Below are positions 39,616 to 51,974 of a DNA stretch of 64,000 nucleotides, piece after piece; the first letter of the stretch is position 1, and each line of letters starts with the position of its first letter. The notes below the pieces were generated by a model. The model ran no database searches, had not been told where the DNA came from, and worked only from the letters and a program-made list of their open reading frames with translations. The position numbers were made by a program, and so were the translations under genes. Where the stretch lies: assembly GCF_035084215.1 (NCBI RefSeq), contig NC_090336.1:29078001-29142000 (forward strand). Direction: 5' to 3'. This DNA is from Heptranchias perlo. Lineage: Eukaryota.

Positions 39616-41891
39616 ATAAGATCACCCATTTAGGGTGGGTGCTGCTGCCAACAGCCAGAAAATGATGGCAGAGAATTAGGCAAGCACTGAAGTGGGCTGG
39701 CAGCTGGCACACAGCATCTCCACACCTGCCTACCTAAACAGGAATATCTGGGCTATTCTGTATAATGATCTGAAATGCCACACTGACACCATTGTGGATC
39801 AAAACCAAACATGCACAAAACAGGAACTTCTAAAAAATTAGCAGTTTACCTTCATCATTTTGTATGTTGCAATATGAACGATCATCTTCATTTTCACCTG
39901 AACAGAGAAACAAGTTAGTTAAATTCGGTATCACATTAGTCAAATTAAATAAGTACTTCCAATGTTACAGTATTGAGTAACTCACCTAATAGTATTTAAA
40001 ATAACTGAGGTCACCCAAAATTAACTATTTTCAGCATTAACGAAAGAAAACCTTGTTTATTCAATATAAAACTTCAATGTGAAATAAACATTCAAATGAA
40101 GACTTAATTTTGTTGAATTAAAAACAATCAATATGACAGAGGCCACGAGAGCAGTCTGCAATTCTTTCATGGTTGCTAAGACTGCTGTCAGAGGTCTGGG
40201 GTGTCAGATTGGGGACGGTTGTCTCACGGATCTTTATTAATCTCACTATTACTGATAAATCTCCTTTCCTGCAGATCAGTGACCATGCAAAGCCACTGCC
40301 CAATGCTGGTAGCATGGCAGGAATGCATTCAGATGATGGTCTTTCTGGGCAGCAGCACATGCGTGCCCTCCTGCCAGCCCCTCAGATGCCCGCACATGAA
40401 AGGAGGCAGGGCCAAATTTCTCAGACAGCAGCAGAAGAGGTGCAGCCTACAGCAGGTCCATCTCAGAACTCTTCTGCCTTGAGGAAAGGGCCACTGCATG
40501 CCCCGAGGCTCATGCTGACATTGCATCCAGCCACCTCACATCATCCTGCCACTCAGATGGCACCTAGGAAAAGCATTAGGTACATGCACACACACTTTAG
40601 AGGTTTTGATTAAAACTATGGTTGCATTAAAGTTGTGTGTCATCTATGGCAATGTTTGAAAATGGATTTGATGAGATAGCGTGAATGAAAACTCTGAGTT
40701 GATGCACACAGGAAAGATTGTGGGGGAAATAATCTGCTCGAGAGTGCAATGACCAGATGCGGTAGTCAAGAGAAGGCCTCATGTATCAGTGTGGCACAAA
40801 TATGCTCTGCAGCTAGGAAAAGGTTGTGCTCCATATTATCTACAGGCCTCTGCTGCTGCTCCTTGTCTTCTTCGGTCAAATGCAGATAAGGGTCATATCT
40901 TCCTGTATCCTCAGGTGTGGGATACTGATGAGTAGATGTCATGGGTCTCCAGTGCAGCCTCACCAACTTGGTTTCCCTACTATCCTCTTCTTCCAAGAAG
41001 CAAAGGTAGTGGGGAATCCCCAATTGGAAACCTACGTTGTGTCTTGTCTGAAGGGGGGGGGTCCACATCAAAGGGCAGAGAGTAATGCATTAGGAACAGC
41101 AAAAAAAAGTGGAGAAAAAAGGATTTTGCAAAGCTTTAATTATATCTGTGTTTGGCTCTTTAAATGTATTTTTGTCTTTTCTCCAGCATCTAGCAACCCT
41201 GGACAGCCATTGTATACAGGCATGGTTACTGCTAAGTACAAATAAGGCAGTACTGATGCAAAATGGGATGCATGATATTATCATATGATTACTGCCTAAT
41301 TTTAATAAGATCACCCATTTAGGGTTCGTGCTGCTGCCAACAGCCAGAAAATGATGGCAGAGAATTAGGCAAGCACTGAAGTGGGCTGGCAGCTGGCACA
41401 CAGCATCTCCACACCTGCCTACCTAAACAGGAATATCTGGGCTATTCTGTATAATGATCTGAAATGCCACACTGACACCATTGTGGATCAAAACCAAACA
41501 TGCGCAAAACAGGAACTTCTAAAAATGAGCAGTTTACCTTCATCATTTTGTATGTTGCAATATGAACTATCTTCTTCATTTTCACCTGAACAGAGAAACA
41601 AGTTAGTTAAATTCGGTATCACATTAGTCGAATTAAATAAGTACTTCCAATGTTACAGTATTGAGTAACTAACCTAATAGTATTTAAAATAACTGAGGTC
41701 ACCCAAAATTAACTATTTTCAGCATTAACAAAAGAAAACCTTGTTTATTCAATGTAAAACTTCAATGTGAAATAAACATTCAAATGAAGACTTAATTTTA
41801 TTGAATTAAAAACAATCAATGCTGCAGTTATTACAATTTTAATATCGGAAATGTTTTGCTCTGAATCTGACTCCAATAAAACAACATTCAC

Positions 41892-42206
41892 CTTTAATGA
41901 GTAATTTGAAATCTTTCTCTTGAACTTCCTTTGTTTCTATGTGAAGCACCTCACATTTGATGGAACAATTATTATCTTCTTCAGCTGCAATAAATTTTAT
42001 GCTCGAAAGTGAAGCAAAGAGGCCATTGTCAGCAATCACAGCAGTGCTGTTAATCACTTTATCCAAATAAATTCCCCCGTTTTTAAACCACTTTACTTGG
42101 ATTTTATCAGGAACATAGCTTGTCAATGAGATACTGAGTGTTGTAAGCTGATTTACTTTAGGCAGTTCTGGATCAGCTTTAATAACGGACAAGGCAGGAG
42201 ACAAAG
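41892..42206 (-). CDS. Gene A post-TM C1-like Ig domain 6 (B-strand Cys lost)
   Basis: ttctttcag|CT ... AAA G|GTGAAT; 315 nt, phase 1-1. LSISLTSYVP..VKW..IKCEVLH. Confidence 0.88.
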
Positions 42207-43126
42207 CTGAAAGAACAAATAAAAAGTACTTGAATGTTTAGCCATTGAAACAAACTGATTAATTTTTAATGCGAACAAAATAAAAAAATATAGGGTTCTT
42301 GACTAGTTTGTAATATACACAAATGAAGTATGGGAATATATAGATCTCATGAACTTGTTCTTCAAAACTACTGTCATCAGAATTATTGGAATATTCTGTA
42401 GATATACAGTTCACATATTTACATAAAAGATTCTATTGAGAACAGCGCTGATCTTAAAGTGAAGATGGTGGTAGGATATTTTGGTGCGCAACTGCCTGGC
42501 AACATGCAGTGACTGACAGCTTTACCCATGGGTGTCAAGGGACTCCTGAGCAGTAAAGGTCACAGGACTAATGCTTCAGACATAAGGTAGTGACTCACAA
42601 AAGGAAAAAGGACAAAATAAAAACTCAATCAAAATCATCACAATTTTAGTTATTTGATCCAAATCCTGCTAGAAGTATCTATACTAAAAGTTTAATTTTT
42701 TTTTTAAAAAGTTGAAAAAAAAGGAACAATTCCTGGAAATTCACTCCTCTGACATCTTCAGGTAAGAAAAAAAAGTTCAGAACTTTTGTGATTTAGCTCC
42801 TATAAATTTAATTACTTTAAAATATGTATTTATTGGCAATTATATTCTTACTGTGAATCTAAACCACCTTAAATTGTATATACGTCCTTTTAGCAACTTC
42901 AACTGAAGTTCTACTGTACGATTTATCTAATTCTAATTTGCTCGCAGTCATTTATTCTGAAATGACTCATAAATGTGACCCCCACCCTATGTCCTGCATC
43001 GAGCAGAGTTATATCAGATTATTTCTGTTGTGACCTAGTAAAGTACAGCAATATAATCCCAAACATTTATATATAAAGTGGAAATTTTCAAACCTGGGGA
43101 GGGAGAAGGATCAGGGTGAAACATAC

Positions 43127-43438
43127 CTGGAAGTGTCAAAAATGCCTGTTTTTCAATTGGAGTCTTTAGATTAGCATGCTCCACACGGAAGGAAAAATCT
43201 CGTCCAAAATCTAGTGCAGTTGGTTTTACTTTCAAGCAGGAAGACAACCGACAACATCCACTTTCCTCCCGCAGAGGTCCTTTAATTGTGATCCCTTCAA
43301 AGATCGTTTTTCCTTTTTGTAGCCAAATTGTATTGATAGGATGTGGGGAAAAGTTACTGATATTGCAGATGAGAGCAAGATCCATGCCATATCTAACGTC
43401 TGGTGGGTCAAATTTGATGTCTTCAACAAATGGAATTC
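43127..43438 (-). CDS. Gene A post-TM C1-like Ig domain 5 (F-strand Cys lost)
   Basis: taaacag|GA ... CCA G|GTATGT; 312 nt, phase 1-1. GIPFVEDIKFDPP..LICNISNFSP..IW..FSFRVEH. Confidence 0.88.
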
Positions 43439-43897
43439 CTGTTTAAATTGCAAAGAAGCACAATACTGAATAACCAAAAATGTTTAAGGATCAAAAAGGG
43501 AGGTTAAAAAGATCTATCTTTTCTCCCCCAAATGATAGATATTTAAGATGACAAGTGTCATCAAATCTACCATTGTGCAGCTTAGGCTTTGTTTCAAAGA
43601 ACGTGATGACATTTTTAGAACTTTTTACCTTACAAAACATTTATGCTGCTGACTTGATAACCACAGCTATGTTGGGATACCACCAATTTAGAGCCAGTGG
43701 AACCACTGAGAGGAACTCTAAAGTCACAGGCAAACAAGGAACGTAAGCGAGATGGCATTATTGCTGAAGGCATTGTGGATCACTAAAAGAGGCAGTAGAA
43801 GCCTGCGCCTAAAATGGCAGAGCTATCACCATTTTCAACATAAACACACAGCCAGCTCCTTTTGGAGGCAGCCATGTTTTTGGCCACTAGCAGACAC

Positions 43898-44650
43898 TTG
43901 GGGGGGGGGGGGTAATTTTAACCCCCAAGAACGGCTGGATGGTGGGCGGGTGGGCAGTCAAAATAGTAGATATTTGGAGCGGGACCACATTCCGACTACA
44001 ATGCACCCAACTTCTGGGTTTAACCCAGGCAGGTTTGGATGTGTGTGCACAGCAGACACCAGGAAGTACCACCCCTACTTAAAACCGGTGGACCGATACT
44101 TAAAGGGGCAATGTACTTCATTGAAATCATATGAAAGCAGATGGGAAGGGCCGGATCCCCGTTGCTGGCCCACCCCCACCCCACCCCCCGACTCAGCCCC
44201 CCCCTCGATCCCCGATGCTGGCTGGACCCCCCCCTCCCCTCGATCCCCGATGCTGGCTGGACCCCCCCCTTCCCCTCGATCCCCGATGCTAGCTGGCTGG
44301 ACGCCCCCCCCACCCCCCTCGATCCCCGATGCTGGCTGGCTGGCTGGCTGGCTGGACCCCCCCCCCCCACCGCCTTTGATGATGTCCATGTACCCCCCCA
44401 CCACCCGCCTTCCAATTTTTTGTGATGCCAATGATCTCTCCCTCCTCCTCCTCTCTGATTTGCTCCTTTCACTGCCAACAGGCAGCCATCCTGTCAATCT
44501 GGCTGCCTGGCGCGTGCGAAACCGGGAAGCTCAAATACTCACCTTCAAATGAGTTGCTATCGCAGATTGCGACGCACTCAATTTGCTTCCGGGTTCCCCA
44601 CACGAATATCCGTGGGCGCGTGGGGTACCCAGCTCCGAGTAAAAATCATG
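43898..44650. mobile_element. GC-rich MITE-like element with internal ~34 bp tandem repeat (ccctcgatccccgatgctggctggacccc, 44190-44365)
   Basis: Start ggggtaattttaacccc; shares sequence with 29470-29592; repeat units visible. Confidence 0.6.
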
Positions 44651-44956
44651 CTCTGAATGTTTGAAGGTCTTATGGTCACAACGTACAGCCTAGTTTTATT
44701 TACTGCAAGTATAGTGCACTGCGGAATTGCTTCAGGAGTCATTCCGGTTATATAAATGTAACGTTTATAAAATTATGTTTTATCCTCAACAATCACCAAT
44801 ATGCCAGCAGTTAGTCCTGTGATGTTTGTCTTACCTGACTAAACAGCCTCTATTAATAAAAACAATATTAATTTAATGAATTTGAAACACTTAAATCTGT
44901 CCAACATTCCGTAATTGTTACTGTGAAGTTGCACTTCTTGTTGGAACAATATTTAC

Positions 44957-45277
44957 CTTTTATTTTCAAAAAATGACTGGATGAGACAGGCTTGTTTGAA
45001 GTTTCAGAATGAAGGATTTGCATTTTGAACTCTTTCCCATGGTCCATAATAGTTGGAATAAATGTCCTTTCGGACAGTCGAGAGTACAAACCAGTCTCTG
45101 TATCCTTTGCAACTTCTTCTGTTTTAACTCCATCTGGAGTTTTATCAAATGCTTTGAACCAGAATATTTGATTTTCTTCTGGAAGGAAGCCATATGCTTT
45201 GCAGGAAAGTGTTACAGGTTTTCCCACCTCTGGGTAAAGTGGATCCACTATAATTTCTGTTACCTTTGGCACGGACA
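44957..45277 (-). CDS. Gene A post-TM C1-like Ig domain 4 (F-strand Cys lost)
   Basis: gtacag|TG ... AAA G|GTAAAT; 321 nt, phase 1-1. LSCKAYGFLP..IFW..FKMQILH. Confidence 0.88.
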
Positions 45278-46670
45278 CTGTACTCATACAAAAGAAACAA
45301 TGTTAAAGAGATTGTGTAACTGAAAGAACCCCACAATTTTTTTTTGAAATGACTAGTGTACCTTGATAAATTTTCAAACATTGATTTCTTGAATGAACTA
45401 TCCTTTTTATTTTGCCCCTCTTTCTCCCTTCACACGGTGGTACAGGTGATGGTGCAGAGTGGCCATTCATTACGTGCGAGACTGAACATTGAGTACTAGG
45501 AGACTATTCAAGCCTATTCCTGCTTTCACCGAATAAGGACCCACACACACTTTCCAACAGGGGTCATTGGACAGTGACAATTCAACTCCCTAATCCATAG
45601 GGGCCGAGACAGATTGTAGCATTCCGCCACTGCCGCAGCCGAGATCAGTTAACTCAGGGATCAGACGTGCAACCTTACAGTTTGCTATGGCTCAGGCCCA
45701 AATCGGGTGGTGCCTTTTCCCAATGAGCTAATAGGGAGCTGCAAACAAAGCTTTCCAACTCCATTCAGTTTGGTTCAGCAGTACTACTCTCACTTCTAAA
45801 GTCTGGGTTCTAGTGCCATTCCAGGACTTGAGGAAATAATTTATGCCAGGAGAGTGCAGTACTGAAAGAGGTGCATTCTTTCAGATGAGATGCTAAACAG
45901 AGTCTCTGTCCACAGGTGGACATAAAAGATCTCAATGCACTTTTCCAAAGAGCAGGGAGTTCTCCAGATGTCCTGGCCAACATTCCGCCCCTAACCAAAA
46001 TCACCAAAACACAGATTAACTGGTCATTCATCACATTTCTGTTTATGGGACCCTGCTGTGCTCAAATTGCCTGCCATGCTTGCCTACAAAACAACAAAGA
46101 CTACACTTGAAAAATAATTCCCAAAACACTTGGCTGCTAATGACTTACTTAGGATGTGAAATGCACTATATAAATGCAAGTTCTTTCTTTCGTATTATTA
46201 TTCTTAGTTATTTTGGGCTTTCATTTTATTTATTGCTCTTCTAGACAAAAGAGAACTCCAAATGGAATACTTTTCACAGACTGCAAAAAGATCAACTGGG
46301 ATTGTCTCAGTTTGCTAAAATATAGAAAAAAAAACACCAAGTTAATTTTATTTTTTGGTGAGAGCAAGCTTTCCATTCAATTTATTTTAGTTTCTTTATT
46401 TCCCTTGTCTCCAATAGGATCGCTCCATGTCATGGACCTTCACTAACCACGACCAATGCTGAAACTGCCCACTAGAATTGTTAGTCACCAACTTAAATCT
46501 GTATATTAGTTTCAAATTATTAATATTTCCCAATTAACAAATCTTTACAGTTGATGCATTTTTAAATCAAACCAGAGCAATTAAACATCTAAGTAAATTA
46601 TATGTTTTTATGAGAAATGTTAATAAAAATTAGTAATAGTCAAGATTGTGGTCAGAACTTGGTTACTTAC

Positions 46671-46979
46671 CCAGTTGATGGAGTACCCAGTCAGCTTCCA
46701 CTGGCTCGGTTAGGCTATCATGTTCTACTTGGCATGTGTACTTCATGTTAACATTGGCTCTCATAGGTATAATCTTCACACTACTTGTCAAATAATAGAG
46801 TGCATCATTTCCCAGAGTAGGCTCACACGGGGCATCTGATTCTTCTGTCATTTTCTCACCATTTTTGAGCCATGTAACTGTGATTTCACGGGGGTAAAAA
46901 GAATGTATTCGACAGCTTAAGGTCATCGGCTCTTCTGCAATAGCTTTTTCTGATGTTATTGGGTCCAGCTTTGGAGTGG
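46671..46979 (-). CDS. Gene A post-TM C1 Ig domain 3
   Basis: ttttttcag|CC ... CTG G|GTAAGT; 309 nt, phase 1-1. LSCRIHSFYPREITVTW..YTCQVEHDSL, a full C1 signature. Confidence 0.92.
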
Positions 46980-47424
46980 CTGAAAAAAAAACAAAAAAAA
47001 TTACCATAGTCTTTAACACAAGCAGATTAGAGATATTGTGGGCTAGATTTTTTGCCTAGCCACAGCCAATGGGCAGAAAATTTAATCCACTGTGTTCTGG
47101 AAATTCTGATTTAAGGCTTAGGTATAAAGTAAAAAGTTACAAAGTGACCTAATTTAAATCAGTGACTCCAGGACAAACAGCTAATGAGTTTCCCTATTAA
47201 ACATTTGAGATCTGGATATTCTTGGACCCCTTCAAATTCTTCCCTTGTAAAAAAGCACTCTGTCTTCAAAGAGTAATTAGAGAAATACAGCACTCAGGAC
47301 ACTTCACAGGATTCTGCAAACAAAATTATCAATTTTGTTGCATAACAAAAAACAAGGAAACAGTTTCTGTAAACAAAATGTAATCCATTGTTCTATACAA
47401 GGTATTGTCAAAAATATTACATAC

Positions 47425-47793
47425 CTTGAATGTTCAGCGTGCTTTCTCTCTCTTGGTCACTGCCTGTACACACATGCTGTACCTTACAGATGAACTTTGT
47501 GTCCTGATCTTGCTCAATATCTGGCACAATAACTAGTACACTGGTGATGCTGTATGTTTTGTCTTCATACCCCATCTCACTTATGTAATGGTTATACTTC
47601 TCTTTGCCACTAGGAAAGCTTGTTTTGTTGTGCTGATCTAGCCGAACAATTTCTTTCAAATAATTCGTTCCGATTTGCTGCCATGTGATACTTAATGGTT
47701 TTGGTTTAAATCCACTGATTGGACAAGTCAAGGCCACAGGCTCATTATGAATGATGTGAGGTGGCACGACAATTTTTGACATCTTTGGTGGCA
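47425..47793 (-). CDS. Gene A post-TM C1-like Ig domain 2
   Basis: cccaaag|TG ... CAA G|GTATGT; 369 nt, phase 1-1. LTCPISGFKP..ITW..FICKVQH. Confidence 0.9.
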
Positions 47794-48055
47794 CTTTGGG
47801 AAAGAAAAACAAAACAAAGAAATCACCTATTTAAACTGAAGGAATTTTCATGAGTCAGTAAGAGCAAGAAAATATTATTTTACTGTCTGAATTTTCTATG
47901 ATTTAAGAGTCTACAGATGGCAGAACTGCATTACCACTATTAATCACATGAATGTCACTTCATATGTACCAAATAAAACAAGTTAACAAAAGAAATGCAG
48001 AATGGAATCACATAGCATAAATGTTAATGTTTAAAAGCAAATGTTCATGATTTAC

Positions 48056-48490
48056 CTCCTTCAACACCCAGTGTTACACTTTTCCTAACACGAAGAGTTT
48101 TATGTTGAACTTCAATAGTTAATATAGCCCCATCATCTTTGTCTACATCAGGATACATTTTAATATTGCACATTACATTGAAAGTCCCATCACTGTTAGC
48201 GTCACATTCCGGCTCGAAAGAAATAAAGGATGCATCGCGTTCATAACCATTCATAAGAAGCTGTACTTCAGCTCGTTTTCTTTCCTTCTCTGGTTTTCCT
48301 TTGTTCTTTCGCATCTGGTCCAGACTACACCAGATAAAAATTCGCTTTTCACTTTGATCCTCCTTCCTCTTTAGGAATAAAACAATTTCAATCTCCCGAG
48401 GTCTAAATCCAGTAACTTGGCAACTGATGACGGCTTCCTCACAGTGGCGAAGGATGGGAGGTTTGCTGAGCTCACTAATTTTTGGAGAAA
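48056..48490 (-). CDS. Gene A post-TM C1-like Ig domain 1 (charged insertion; F-strand Cys lost)
   Basis: ttgcttag|TT ... GGA G|GTAAAT; 435 nt, phase 1-1. ISCQVTGFRP..NSDGTFNV..LTIEVQH. Confidence 0.88.
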
Positions 48491-48803
48491 CTAAGCAAAA
48501 CAAAAATATAATTAAAACTTGACAATCTAAATGTTTTCATTTGTTTACTCTTTTATTTCCTTGCTATGACTACAGGCAGAATGTATATACAAGACATAAT
48601 ATTGTGTTTATATATACATATTCTCTAAAACTTTGTGGAAGCACAATCACAAGGACTTCTGTGGTTCAAGGAGAAGATCCACCATCACCACTTAATTTGG
48701 AGAAAATATACAATAAGCAGCCGAAGAATTACAAGAATAACATCCACACAAATACACACATACTCATTACACAATAAAAGGGTTTCACCAGTCAACACAT
48801 TAC

Positions 48804-48917
48804 CTTTTTTAAATTTTATGCAAGTATAAAATCCAGCACCAAACAATAGTCCACATAGCAGCGCCGTAACAACTATACTTGCAACAATTCCTCCTACTGC
48901 TGAAGATTTTTCAGGCT
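48804..48917 (-). CDS. NCR3LG1-like: Gene A exon: transmembrane segment
   Basis: tttcag|AG ... AAA G|GTAATG; 114 nt, phase 1-1. EPEKSSAVGGIVASIVVTALLCGLLFGAGFYTCIKFKK is a hydrophobic helix followed by a basic stop-transfer. Confidence 0.9.
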
Positions 48918-51141
48918 CTGAAATTTGAAACACAAACACATAAGCATTTAGACAAAAGCCATATCACAAGAAGTAAACTGCCTCACTTGCACAAATTTTG
49001 TTATGGGGTTCCTCCATTTTTGTAAATGATAAATTAAGATACTAAAACACAGTAAAGTCTTTAATGAATTTGAAACTACAAACATGTGCAGTTAATGTCT
49101 CCTCGAAGTAATGAGCTGGACATTCCATGCAGTGAATTGCACTGCTTTTGCACCAGTGAAAAATAAATTGCAGCTGCCGATGACCTGGAAAGATATTTAC
49201 ACCATAATGTCATGGGTCAGTTAATTTGCATACCTATTAGGATAGTGTAAAACGGGAGTAAAATGCTGTGTTGCATGGAAATTAGAGTAGAGCCTTTAAA
49301 AAGCCAGTTCTGGCTGAAGATTGCAGCAGCAGGCAAGTAAGGAACAATGATCGACTTAGTGAATTGACTGTCAACGACCTTGACTGGATGTCGCATGACC
49401 GTTTTTGGGACACTTTATAAGGATGTATAACACATGAGAAGCCAGCAGATACAGCCAAAGGCAGCAGGAGGGCACGACACCAAGGCAGAGAAGGTGCCAT
49501 AGTTTTGCTGAGTCCGACCTGCAAACCCTCCTCAATTAAATAAAGCACAGAAGAGACAGAATGATTGGTGTCCGTGGCAGGAAACATGCCAAAAAAGACA
49601 CTCATGCTATGTGGAGGGAGGCAGCAATAGCCAATGCCACAAAAAGGTGAATGACCTGACTTGAGCAGGCAGGGTAACACACCAGCCACTATCCCTTTTC
49701 TTCCTTAGGCACCAGTACATTTTTAATCCTCTAAAAGTGACAGCTGAACAACTAACCCTTCACATTGCACTCTGGTTAAGAAGGGTACTAACTCGGGATC
49801 CTACAGTATGGCTACCCATCTTCTTAACAGAAGTTAGTTGCACACATAACCGTAAAACCTTTCCTCCACTTTAACATGCTCTCCCATACCACTTGACACA
49901 CACTCAACTGCTGGGCTTCAACTAATTTACTCAATCTTCTGGCAGGAGAAAATGGCACACAATGCCAGTGAGAGACAGGCAGCTGGAGGGGGCAGCCCCA
50001 ACCAGTAAAACCTTACATCCTATGAGGATATAGCCATGGACAACATGGGGTGACATTCTGCTCTTCCTGTGGGAGATGGCAAGATCGAAGATAAAATGTT
50101 AGAACCTGAATAGTGACTGAATACATATTCTGTCACCATGGCATCTCTGAAGCACCAAACAGCCTCAAGCTTCTACCCCGACTCTAACTCCTTAATCCCA
50201 AGGGGCATGATCACCCATAGTTAGCTTGTAGCCTCCTTTCCTGCAGATTTATCACGGCAATGGCGGGCACAGGACAAGGAAGAGAAGAGGATGGTGAGGT
50301 AGAACAGGGTCTCAGCTACTTCCTGTGAACTCTGATGATGAGGATGAAGAATTTGGATTTAAGCCCACCTATGAGTCCCTGCAGAGACCTTCTGCCCCAT
50401 CCCCCTCAAACCCACCCTCTGTGCCACTTGCTTTTTCATTCCCACGTATCAGCTCAAATACATTTACCAGGGGGCAGGGGTGAGGGAGGGAAATAGATAG
50501 TGTTAACGAGGAAGTGACGAGTTGATTCACAGAGCACGAGGAAGCTGGATGAGTGAGAAATGGGTGAGGATTTGCCAACTTCCCAGCAGAGGCTGAAGAA
50601 GGCTGCCCATGAGCTCGGAGTCATGGAATCCGGAATGTATGGATACTAGACTGAAAATATAGTTGTTCAAGGAACATCGCACCTAGGCTCCAAGGTCAGG
50701 TTCCAAAAATGTGCAGCAACTGACAGGTGTTACTCGAATCTAAAGCTCTCATTTGTGGCAACATCAGGGAAACTTTCTCTTTGTTGTAGCTTCACTGCAA
50801 TCTGCAACAGACCCCTATCTAAGAAATGGCCAGAGAGGCGTGAGTGAGGGATGGTAACGTGGCCAACTGCTGAATGCATTGGTTTGGGTGAGGCTGACCG
50901 TGAAAGAGATTCATCAGAGGGTGAGCATGAGAGAGAGCCATGACATTGTATGAGGATTGGGTTGAGTGGTAGTGGTGGGATGAGTACTGGGGAGATGAGT
51001 AAGTGCAGGTAAGTTGAGGATGAGGTTTGAGTGGGTGTGAGGAGTGATGTGATAGAGTAGTGTTGGCAGTGCAGAAGGAGTTGGGGGGTGGGGGCGGTGA
51101 TGTGGAAGACGGAGTGTAGGGGAATGAGTAAGTGTACTCAC

Positions 51142-51381
51142 TTTGGCTGACCTACTGAGGTCATTGAAGCGCTTCTTGCACTGTATGCAGGTGCGGGAGA
51201 CGTTGCTGCTGCTGGTGGCCTGCTCTGCCACCTAGAGCCAGGCCTTCTTGGTGTCAGAGGCAGGCCACTTCCACCTGTCCGCTGGGTAGATGACATCCCT
51301 CCTCCTGCTCACCCCATCCAGTAGGACCTGGAGTGAGGCATCGGTAAATCTGGGAGCAGCCTTTCCCCTGGTCTGCTCCAT
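51142..51381 (-). pseudogene. Harbinger Myb/SANT-like DNA-binding protein exon with an in-frame stop
   Basis: MEQTRGKAAPRFTDASLQVLLDGV..KKAWL*VAEQ..RTCIQCKKRFNDL|GTGAGT; TIR-like atatcagggcc near 51630. Confidence 0.75.
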
Positions 51382-51974
51382 TTTGTACTTTTAGTTCTTT
51401 GATGCAGGAGCAGCATTGGAGGACTGCCCCTTTAAGTAGGGCTCCTCCAGCTGACAGCCCGTGATGCGGGTGCTCAGTCCGCCCGCTGCGCAGGTTGACG
51501 ACGGGAAACCCGGAAACCATGGTAAGTGGCTGCGATCGCGTGGGGAACGGACGGATTTTACTGGGCGGGTTACCCAAGTGCCCAGTCGCGCCCACCTGCT
51601 GCCATCCCGCCTCCCTGGTAATATCAGGGCCATTATGTCCCTTATCTATCCCCTTTCGAGTGGTACATCAGGCTTTGAAAAAGTTCATTTTTAGAGTGAG
51701 TGGCTGCTCAACTGTTCAACATAATTGCTCACTGGCAGATGAGCAGCACTTTGCTCAAAGCAGTATTTTTTTTAAATTTAAATGCTGGCCTACAGGGAGC
51801 TTTGGATTGCCATCTTCTTCCCCATGAGTGCCACCTTCGGATCTGGATTTCCAGCGCAAGTTAATCCATATAACCAATGGGTAAAAAGAGAAGGTTTAAT
51901 GTAAATTGAAAAAATAGAAAAAAAGGATAATCTGCAAATGGTGGAAATCCAAAATGAAAAAAACAGGATTCCAT

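Larger units (their letters stand above)
37038..41820. repeat. Tandem duplication of about 1.69 kb (copy A 37038-40132 carrying the Penelope insert; copy B 40131-41820)
   Basis: Near-identical ORF pairs (37080/40173, 37673/40766); AT microhomology at the junction. Confidence 0.95.

Noticed and set aside
43752-44552. 266 aa proline-rich ORF
   Set aside because: It arises from a C-rich tandem repeat in a MITE, antisense within an intron.
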